Part shown: one piece after another, positions 29,391-37,090 of the stretch | Layout: each line of letters begins with the position of its first letter | How positions within the stretch are numbered: position 1 is the stretch's first letter | Source: Myxococcota bacterium | GTDB taxonomy: Bacteria > Myxococcota > UBA4151 | Assembly: GCA_040260805.1 (NCBI GenBank) | Contig: JBDQPD010000002.1 | Location: forward strand, 2,557-66,556 | Reading direction: 5' to 3' | DNA length: 64,000 nt | Notes under the pieces: model-generated | The model's database searches: none | What the model was told of the DNA's origin: nothing | Seen by the model: the letters and a program-made list of their open reading frames with translations, nothing else | Program-made: the position numbers and the translations under genes

Positions 29391-29941
29391 CGTTGCGCTC
29401 CCGCAAACCGGCGAACCTCAGCGGCGAGTTGCGTCAACGGCATATGCGCTGGCTCTGGCGCCTCGCCCGGTCGAATCACGCCGTCTTTGCCTGGCTCGGC
29501 AAAAGCCACGTTGCCAAACTCTTCCACAGCGAAGGCGCCTTGCGCGTTGCGCTCCACCACATACCGACCGAGCCCAACACCGACCTGCACAAAGCGATTC
29601 TGGAATGCTGATAAGAACAAGACGAGCTCTTCGCCGGTCTTAAACTTGCTGGTCCCTGGTACACTTTGGATCAGGTCACCAAGCTCGCCGCCCATCTGCA
29701 AGAGCGTCAACGCGCTGCCCGCCTGAACCTTTCCTTTGAAGGCTTCAATCACCTCAAGCTCAATCAAGGTCGACAGCGCCCCCGGGCGCTCTTCAACGGT
29801 TCGAATAGTGCCCACACGAACCTGCACCACCAATTGGCTCATATCGGTCATCTGAGCCCGATTGAGCTTCATCACCACCGTTGCCTGGGCGGTCTGCGCC
29901 CCAGCGAACATCGTCAGCGCACACACTATCATCAATCGCAT
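29387..29941 (-). CDS. Small secreted hypothetical protein (184 aa) sandwiched between the two metalloproteases
   Basis: Start MRLMIVCALTMFAGAQTAQA (signal peptide) with GAGAGGAAG SD. ATGA overlap with the downstream protease start. No Cys-rich modules. Confidence 0.55.
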   Translation of the reverse strand: MRLMIVCALTMFAGAQTAQATVVMKLNRAQMTDMSQLVVQVRVGTIRTVEERPGALSTLIELEVIEAFKGKVQAGSALTLLQMGGELGDLIQSVPGTSKFKTGEELVLFLSAFQNRFVQVGVGLGRYVVERNAQGAFAVEEFGNVAFAEPGKDGVIRPGEAPEPAHMPLTQLAAEVRRFAGAQR

Positions 29942-31278
29942 CGTTTTCTTCCTCTCACTGCCAGCAGCCCAAAACACACCAACCAAGGCATCAAAGCGGG
30001 CGCCGAAGCACTTGAACATCCACATCCACCAGACGAGTCACCCTGCTCACCGCACCGGGTCAAGTCCACCGTATCCACCACACAGTAGCCGCCACTGCAA
30101 AGCGTGCCACTCGGACAATCTGCGGTCACACCACAGACCTGCGTACACAGGCTGCGTTCGACGCCGCGGATGCTCACCGGCTCACAGCGCCCGGAGGCGC
30201 ACAGATCAGCCTGAGGCAAAAAGTTATCGGGTCGAACGCATTGTGCGCCGATCGGTAAATATTCGCCATTGTTTGCGCCGCCCATCAAGCTCACGCAGTA
30301 CCCATCACCCTGAACCGCTAAACGACAGCTCATACCGCCAGGGCAAGGGTCATCCATGGCGCAACGCCGGCTGCATTTACCTTGGCGGCATAAGCCTGAG
30401 GCGCATTCACAATTTTTACCGCAGTTCTCCGCCAGCCTTAAGCTGGCCTGGTCAACTTCGGCGCGCACGCCAGGGTAGAGCTCACAGATCCCCGAGACAT
30501 CGGAAGGGCGAGGACCGATCTCCGGGTGCCCAGACCAAGCGGGCGCCATGATCGCGTCGCTACCGGACGGGGTGTGGCCTAGACCGGTCAGGTGACCAAA
30601 CTCATGCAACATCACCGAAAAGACATCGACCGCATCACCCCCGGTCGTCGGCGTCGACCAACGATGGTGAACCCCATTCATCAAAATATCGGAGTCCGTG
30701 CTTTCATCACCGCGCATCGAGGTCACCGTCACACCGAGAGTAGAAGGACCGCCTGGAAAGCCCGTCTCCATCCAAAAGAACTTGTTTCGCCCATCAGCGG
30801 CTTGATCCCAAGTGGCGAAATCAGGCTCTTGCTCTTCCGCTTCAAAAACAGTGCAGGGCACCAAGCGCCAACCGCGAATCGCCGAGCGCATGGCATCCAC
30901 GGCGAGGCTTGGGTCGTCAAAGTCTGCACTTCCAGCGGGGTCGATCGAATAAAAAAGCCGACCAACGCAGGTTTCATCTCGACAATAACCGTCAACGCAG
31001 CGTCTGTTGTTGCTGCACTCAGCCTCAGCCTGACAGGCACCATACCGGCCAGTCATTCGGCACGACTGACCGCCCGCGCAGCCACCAACGCACGACTCAC
31101 CCAGCAGCGACCAACGCCAGTTCGACCTCAGAAAGGCAGGTTGAGGGCCACACGAGGCATCAGGCCAACAGCCATGAGCTGGACCACATAAGCCCTCGGT
31201 ACAGGGCTGCTGAGCGGCCACAGCGGCGCCAGCCAACAACACACCAACCGACATGATCAGGACACGGAGCAAAGACAC
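29932..31278 (-). CDS. Secreted M10 (matrixin)-like zinc metalloprotease, Cys-rich, MYXO-CTERM-like tail
   Basis: HEFGHLTGLGHT...AIMAP. Signal peptide. C-terminus GGCGCSSASAPALMPWLVCFGLLAVRGRKRCD. Confidence 0.75.
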   Translation of the reverse strand: MSLLRVLIMSVGVLLAGAAVAAQQPCTEGLCGPAHGCWPDASCGPQPAFLRSNWRWSLLGESCVGGCAGGQSCRMTGRYGACQAEAECSNNRRCVDGYCRDETCVGRLFYSIDPAGSADFDDPSLAVDAMRSAIRGWRLVPCTVFEAEEQEPDFATWDQAADGRNKFFWMETGFPGGPSTLGVTVTSMRGDESTDSDILMNGVHHRWSTPTTGGDAVDVFSVMLHEFGHLTGLGHTPSGSDAIMAPAWSGHPEIGPRPSDVSGICELYPGVRAEVDQASLRLAENCGKNCECASGLCRQGKCSRRCAMDDPCPGGMSCRLAVQGDGYCVSLMGGANNGEYLPIGAQCVRPDNFLPQADLCASGRCEPVSIRGVERSLCTQVCGVTADCPSGTLCSGGYCVVDTVDLTRCGEQGDSSGGCGCSSASAPALMPWLVCFGLLAVRGRKRCD

Positions 31279-31387
31279 CCCCCAAAGCGAGCGTAGCTCG
31301 CATACGGCTTATGCGCAGGAGTTCGCAACCGCTCGCCCGACCCGGATCTTCGATGCATCGGATCAAAAAAGACGCTAAGGGCGCCAT

Positions 31388-32575
31388 ATGAAAGCTCGTC
31401 CCCTCCCCGTTCCAGGATTTCGTTTCAGCGGAATTGCCTGTGGAATCAAAGCTCAAGGCAGCTTGGACCTTGGCTTAGTCCTCGCCGAAAGCAACTGTTC
31501 GGCGGCGGCGGTGTTTACTCAAAATTTAGTCCAAGCCGCGCCGGTGTCACTCAGCAAACAGGCCATTGCGAGCGGTCAGGCGCGGGCTTTGATGATCAAT
31601 TCGGGTAACGCCAACGCCTGCACCGGTCAGCAAGGTTTAGAGGATGCCATCGCCAGCCGAGCCTTCCTCGCTGACCAGCTGGGTTGCGCTCCTGAGCTCG
31701 TTCAGATCGCCAGCACTGGGGTCATCGGTGTCCCCTTGGCGCTCGCCAGCTTGATCCAAGGGATCGAGCCGGCGATTAAAGCGGCTCGATCGGACCAAAT
31801 CGCTGCCAACTTATTCGGTGACGCCATCTGTACGACGGATCGCTTTCCAAAAGGTGCGAGCCGGCAGGTCGACGGCTACACGCTGTCGGTCTTTGCGAAA
31901 GGTGCCGGGATGATCGCTCCGAATATGGCGACGATGCTCGCCTATGCGCTGACCGACGCACCGATCGATTCCGGGGATCTTGATCGACTCTGGCGGCAAT
32001 GCATGAGCCAAAGCTTCAACGCGGTGATGGTCGACGGCGACACCTCCACCAACGACACTGCAGTCATTCTCGCGAGCGGCCAGGGCGCCCCGCTCAAGGG
32101 AGCTGCGCTGAACCGCTTCGCCCTCGCGCTGGCGGAGGTGTGCCAAGAAGCAGCCGTACAACTGGTTGAAGATGGAGAGGGCGCTCGCTGCGTGGTTGAG
32201 CTTAACGTCGCCGGCGCTCCCGATGACCGACAGGCGCGCCACGTCGCGAAGACCGTCGCCTTGTCGCCCTTATGCAAAACCGCCTTTTTTGGCGCTGATC
32301 CGAACTGGGGTCGAATCATCGCTGCAGCCGGACGAAGCGGCGTCGAATTCGATCCTGATCAGCTGACCCTATCCTTAGGCGATGCAGACCAATCGATGCT
32401 GCTCTTTGCGCAGGGCGTGCCGCTGATGTTTGACAAGACTCGAGCCGAGGTCATGATGCGGGGTAAGCGCTTTCGCTTTGACCTCGATTTAAAGTCAGGA
32501 ACCGGACAAAGCCGTGTTTGGACCTGCGACCTTGGGCATAATTACGTGACCCTAAACGCTGAATATACGACCTAA
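31388..32575 (+). CDS. argJ: Bifunctional ornithine acetyltransferase / N-acetylglutamate synthase ArgJ
   Basis: ATML autoprocessing site (PNMATMLAY) and ArgJ family motifs. Confidence 0.9.
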   Translation: MKARPLPVPGFRFSGIACGIKAQGSLDLGLVLAESNCSAAAVFTQNLVQAAPVSLSKQAIASGQARALMINSGNANACTGQQGLEDAIASRAFLADQLGCAPELVQIASTGVIGVPLALASLIQGIEPAIKAARSDQIAANLFGDAICTTDRFPKGASRQVDGYTLSVFAKGAGMIAPNMATMLAYALTDAPIDSGDLDRLWRQCMSQSFNAVMVDGDTSTNDTAVILASGQGAPLKGAALNRFALALAEVCQEAAVQLVEDGEGARCVVELNVAGAPDDRQARHVAKTVALSPLCKTAFFGADPNWGRIIAAAGRSGVEFDPDQLTLSLGDADQSMLLFAQGVPLMFDKTRAEVMMRGKRFRFDLDLKSGTGQSRVWTCDLGHNYVTLNAEYTT

Positions 32576-32584
32576 GGGCTGATC

Positions 32585-34198
32585 GTGCTTTCTGCTATTG
32601 TCTTCTTCTTGCTGCTGTTTACGCCACTCATCTTCTTGCATGAGCTCGGCCACTATGTGGCTGCGCGGATGTGCCGTGTCCGAGTCGAAGCGTTCTCCGT
32701 CGGCTTTGGTCGAGTCATTTGGAAAACCCACCGCTGGGGAACCGAATGGAGACTGTCTGCGGTGCCCTTTGGTGGGTACGTCAAAATGGCGGGTGAAAAC
32801 CATGCCGATGATCGACAACCCGAAGACGATGAGCTGTGGGCTAAATCCCCCTGGCAACGAGCCTTCATCGCCTTCGCTGGGCCTGCGGTTAATCTGTTCT
32901 TACCGGTCATCGTGTTTACCTGGTTCTTGATGAGCGGTCACCACGTCGTAGCACCGATTATCGGTGGTGTGAACGCCGGCTCGGCAGCTGAGCGAGCAGG
33001 CATCAAGCGCGGTGATCGGTTGGTCAAAGTCGGCGATAAAGACGTCACTGGATGGGCTGATTTAGCCGGAATCATTGGGCCCGCTGCGGGGCGAACGCTC
33101 GACGTCTCGCTGCAGAGGGGCGACCAAGTCGTCCAGCTCAAAGTCACCCCGGACAGTAGGACCGTTGAAGACCCCTTGGGTGGGCTAAAGCAACGCGGCA
33201 TGCTCGGGATCACCTCCGCAGCTCAAGCGCCCTTCATCAGCCCTTTGCCCGGAGACCAGCAGCTCAAGCCTTTTGATCGCATTACCCAAATCGATGGTAA
33301 AGCCATGCGGACCCTCAATGATCTTGAGCTAGCCTTATCCCAAAGTGACCGCGCCCAGCTCACGATCAAGCGTCAAAGTGACCGCCAAGCGGGCAAACGA
33401 TTCAACAGCAAAGCGGCTGAAGAGATCGTGATCAACTGGGTACGACCCAGCGGTGTCGTGGGGTTCCCCTTTGAGCCCGTCGAGCTCCTGGTCGAGGGCG
33501 TGAAAGACAACAGCTCGGCTCAAAACATCGGCCTAGCGGCCGGTGACCGGATCCGCTCCGTCGATGGGATGACGATCCACACCTGGGGCGAACTTGAACA
33601 ACACCTACTCTCAGCTCCACAGCAAAGCGCAGAGATTCAAGTTGAGCGGCGTAACACCGAAGGCGTTGCGGAGAACCTGACCATGACGCTTAGCCTGAGC
33701 GAAGCTGAGGTCGAAGGGCCGCTGCGCTCAAGCCGAAAGATCATGGATCACGGCATCTTGCGCACCTTCTGGCACGCGCCTCCCAAAGTCGAAACCATTC
33801 AGCTCGGTTTGGTGGGCTCGGTCGCGCTCGCGACGAAACGTTGCGCTGAGATCGTGGTGACCATGGCTGAGGGGCTGCGGCGTATTTTAGTGGGTCGAGT
33901 CTCGGTCAAACAGATCGGTGGGCCGGTGATGCTCTATGACATCGCCTCTGAGGTGGCGAAGACCAAAGATACTTTTTGGCACTGGTTCAGCCTGCTGAGC
34001 TTGAATCTGGGCATCATGAACCTCTTGCCTGTCCCGGTTCTTGATGGCGGCCTGATCTTGCTGAGCGCTATTGAGATCCTGCGGCGCAAACCCCTGACTG
34101 TCGCTCTGCGTGAAAAAGCGAATTACATCGGCTTGTTTCTCGTGCTTGCGTTGATGCTCACGGCGGTGATTAATGATGTCGTGCGCGTCTTTGGCTAG
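32585..34198 (+). CDS. rseP: RseP-type site-2 zinc metalloprotease with tandem PDZ domains
   Basis: HELGH in TM1, two PDZ domains, LDGG motif (NLLPVPVLDGG). Confidence 0.85.
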   Translation: MLSAIVFFLLLFTPLIFLHELGHYVAARMCRVRVEAFSVGFGRVIWKTHRWGTEWRLSAVPFGGYVKMAGENHADDRQPEDDELWAKSPWQRAFIAFAGPAVNLFLPVIVFTWFLMSGHHVVAPIIGGVNAGSAAERAGIKRGDRLVKVGDKDVTGWADLAGIIGPAAGRTLDVSLQRGDQVVQLKVTPDSRTVEDPLGGLKQRGMLGITSAAQAPFISPLPGDQQLKPFDRITQIDGKAMRTLNDLELALSQSDRAQLTIKRQSDRQAGKRFNSKAAEEIVINWVRPSGVVGFPFEPVELLVEGVKDNSSAQNIGLAAGDRIRSVDGMTIHTWGELEQHLLSAPQQSAEIQVERRNTEGVAENLTMTLSLSEAEVEGPLRSSRKIMDHGILRTFWHAPPKVETIQLGLVGSVALATKRCAEIVVTMAEGLRRILVGRVSVKQIGGPVMLYDIASEVAKTKDTFWHWFSLLSLNLGIMNLLPVPVLDGGLILLSAIEILRRKPLTVALREKANYIGLFLVLALMLTAVINDVVRVFG

Positions 34199-34228
34199 AC
34201 CCTGCGGCAGCGATACGTTGCTCGATGT

Positions 34229-35746
34229 TCAGTGCGTCCACGCCTGATCAATGCGCGCATCCACAGCCATCGGGACCGCCGGAAAAAGATCAAAACCTGC
34301 ACCCACCATCGCCTCGATAAGCAGCTGCCGAGCAGACTCTGCGTGATCGACGTCGACCTCGACTAAGAGCTCATCGTGGACCATATTGACCAAACACGGT
34401 CGCCCCATGGCTTGGCTGCTCTGGCGTGCAAAGCGAATCGCTGCCCACTTAATGAGATCCGCGCCGCCACCCTGCACCGGATAGTTAAGCGCCAAAGTAG
34501 AGGAGACCTTTTCGGGGTCAAGCTTGAGCTTTCGACCGCTGATGGTCTCAAGCACCAAGGTCTGTTTCGCTTGCTTTTGAGCAAGCTCGCGCCAGGCAGC
34601 TAGCTGCGGAAACCCTTCGAAGTATTTGGCGAGCAAGGTGCGCGCCTCGTGGACCGACATCTCTAAACTCTGAGCTAAGCGGCGCGCGCCCATCCCATAG
34701 ATCAAACCAAAGTTGATGGCCTTCGCCGCATGACGCAAATGAGCGTTCTCCGTTTTGCTGACCTGCTGATTAAATAATCGACTGGCGACGGCGCTGTGGA
34801 AATCGCTCGAGAGTAGGGTCTCACGAAAGGCTTGGTCACCGGATAAAGCGGCGACAATCCGGAGTTCACACCCTGAATAATCGGCGCTGATCAGGACCCG
34901 CCCGCTGGGCGCCCGAACACAAGGCCTTAGGCTCGACGGGATATTCTGTAAGTTCGGTTCACCACAACTCATTCGACCGGTGTGTGCTCCGAGCGGCTCG
35001 AAGTGACCGAAAACGCGGCCACCGACTTGTCGCTCGGTGTAGCTCTCATACGTGCTGGTCAACTTACTGGCTTCTCGCCAGCTCAACAGCGCTTGCGCCG
35101 CAGGATGATCCACAGCGCCGAGCGTCGACTTGCTCAAGTCCTTGAGCTCGAAGCCTTGGTGCTTAAACCACTCGAGTAGTTTGTTCCGCTCGCCAGGCTC
35201 AATGTTGGGATGACCTCCCAAGTCGCGACCGACCATCCCCGTCAACTCCTGGCGCGCGCGCTCGGCGCGCTCGTGGGCGGCGGCAAGCACGTCGTCCCAA
35301 GCGGCGATATCGATCGGCAAACCTGCCGCCTGAAGCCCCTCACAAACGGGCAAGAAGGCGCTCTCTAACTTGGCGACACGGTCTAAATCACGAGCTCTAA
35401 GCTCAGCGCCGGCGCGCTGCGCAGCAGCCAGTAAATCGCTCGGCTCTGGGGTCTCGGGAAGCTCAACAGCGAGCGCTCCGGACTGCTTGAGTAAGCGATT
35501 GTAATCCTTCAGACACACGCAGCGGTGTGCGCGCGCCCCTAGACGCATCGCACGCCTCAGGACTCGGCGGTCTTCAACCACCCACACCGAGCGGGAATCA
35601 TTGAGTCGTTCAGCCGTCTCTTGTCCCAACGGCTCTTGGTGATGGCCATCCGAAACGATGACGCCGCCAAGCGGATCGTCAATCAAAGCGACTGCTGCAC
35701 CCAAGAGAAGATTGGACAAGCTCGAACTCCCATGACCAGATTGCAC
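34229..35746 (-). CDS. Family-A (Pol I-like) DNA polymerase, polymerase domain only; no 5'-3' exonuclease and a degenerate 3'-5' exonuclease region
   Basis: Motif A DYSGCELRIVA, motif B RHAAKAINFGLIYGMG, motif C VNMVHDELLVEV, and O-helix all present. Only ~150 aa precede the thumb and no DTE exonuclease motif is found. The gene start lies 27 bp from the divergent regulator. Confidence 0.75.
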   Translation of the reverse strand: MQSGHGSSSLSNLLLGAAVALIDDPLGGVIVSDGHHQEPLGQETAERLNDSRSVWVVEDRRVLRRAMRLGARAHRCVCLKDYNRLLKQSGALAVELPETPEPSDLLAAAQRAGAELRARDLDRVAKLESAFLPVCEGLQAAGLPIDIAAWDDVLAAAHERAERARQELTGMVGRDLGGHPNIEPGERNKLLEWFKHQGFELKDLSKSTLGAVDHPAAQALLSWREASKLTSTYESYTERQVGGRVFGHFEPLGAHTGRMSCGEPNLQNIPSSLRPCVRAPSGRVLISADYSGCELRIVAALSGDQAFRETLLSSDFHSAVASRLFNQQVSKTENAHLRHAAKAINFGLIYGMGARRLAQSLEMSVHEARTLLAKYFEGFPQLAAWRELAQKQAKQTLVLETISGRKLKLDPEKVSSTLALNYPVQGGGADLIKWAAIRFARQSSQAMGRPCLVNMVHDELLVEVDVDHAESARQLLIEAMVGAGFDLFPAVPMAVDARIDQAWTH

Positions 35747-35773
35747 CGCATCCCGGCTGATGGCGAGGAAATC

Positions 35774-37090
35774 ATGAGCGAGCGTATCGCGTTGGTTGAA
35801 GACGACCCTGGAGGTCGCAAGGTAGCGGCGGCTATGCTCGGTCGATCGGGTATGGACGTGGTCGCCTTCGCCAGCGCCGAAGACTTTTTACGGGTTCGGC
35901 CTGAGGTTTCGGTGGTGCTCACCGATCTGATGATGCCTGGGATCGACGGCATCGAATTGATGAAACAGCTCAAAGCGCAGCACGGCGATGACATCGAGGT
36001 CGTCCTCATCACCGCCTACGCAACGGCTGACGTGGCGGCTAAGGCGATGGCTGAGGGCGCCTTTCACTTTCTCACCAAACCGCTCGATCCTCAGCTTTTG
36101 GTCGAGACAGCAAAGCGAGCCGCTGAGCGGGTTCGACTGCGGAGCCGACTCGCTCGACTCGAAGACCGCCTAGCGACGTATGAAAGCCAAGAAATTGTAG
36201 GCGCCTCGAAAGCTATTGGAGAGCTCAAAGATCAATTGGCTCGACTCGCTCAAGCGGATCTCCCCGTCTTGGTCACCGGCGCCTCAGGGTCCGGTAAAGA
36301 GCTGGCAGCGAGGGCACTTCATCTGGGCAGTGAGCGGCGTGAAGAGCCTTTCGTTGCGGTCAACTGTGCCGCGCTGCCCGCTCAGCTTTTAGAGTCCGAA
36401 CTTTTTGGTCATTTACGAGGGGCATTCACGGGCGCTGAAACCCGCCGAAAGGGTCGGTTTCTTGAGGCACACGGCGGCACCTTATTCCTGGATGAAATTG
36501 GCGAAATGCCCTTGGGCTTGCAGGCAAAGCTCTTGCGCGTCCTTGAGCGTGGTGAGGTCACACCCTTAGGGGCTGACAAGCCACAGACCGTGAATGTTCG
36601 GCTAGTAGCCGCTACCAATCGAACCGATCTCGCCAGCGTGATGCGCGACGACCTTTATTATCGTCTTGCGGGGGCAGTGGTCGATGTACCCACGCTCGCT
36701 CAGCGGCGAGACGATGTGCCCATTTTGGTCGCTCATTTTTTATCTCGGCACGGATTAAGAGCGCCAAAACTTGGGGCTAAAGCACTAGAAGTGCTGCAAA
36801 ACTACAGCTGGCCGGGTAATGTTCGCGAGCTCGCGCACACTTGCGACCGACTCACGGCACTGTATCCGGGCGAGGACTTAGAAACCCTACCTGAAGCGCT
36901 TGATAACGATGCGAGTCCGGCGCGGCGCGGCTTGATTATCGATCCAAAATGGTCACTCGATGACATTCAAACCAAGGTCATCGAGTGGACGCTTGAACGC
37001 TTCGAGGGTAACCGGGCAGAAACGGCGAAGCATCTAGGTATTGGGGTAAGGACCCTTTACCGCCGGCTCAAGGACGACCCACCGGCCTGA
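35774..37090 (+). CDS. Sigma-54-dependent response regulator (NtrC family: REC + AAA+ + HTH)
   Basis: Receiver Asp (VLTDLMMPG), AAA+ Walker A GASGSGKE, GAFTGA sigma-54 contact motif, C-terminal Fis-type HTH. Start ATG 35774 with GAGGAA SD. Confidence 0.85.
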   Translation: MSERIALVEDDPGGRKVAAAMLGRSGMDVVAFASAEDFLRVRPEVSVVLTDLMMPGIDGIELMKQLKAQHGDDIEVVLITAYATADVAAKAMAEGAFHFLTKPLDPQLLVETAKRAAERVRLRSRLARLEDRLATYESQEIVGASKAIGELKDQLARLAQADLPVLVTGASGSGKELAARALHLGSERREEPFVAVNCAALPAQLLESELFGHLRGAFTGAETRRKGRFLEAHGGTLFLDEIGEMPLGLQAKLLRVLERGEVTPLGADKPQTVNVRLVAATNRTDLASVMRDDLYYRLAGAVVDVPTLAQRRDDVPILVAHFLSRHGLRAPKLGAKALEVLQNYSWPGNVRELAHTCDRLTALYPGEDLETLPEALDNDASPARRGLIIDPKWSLDDIQTKVIEWTLERFEGNRAETAKHLGIGVRTLYRRLKDDPPA

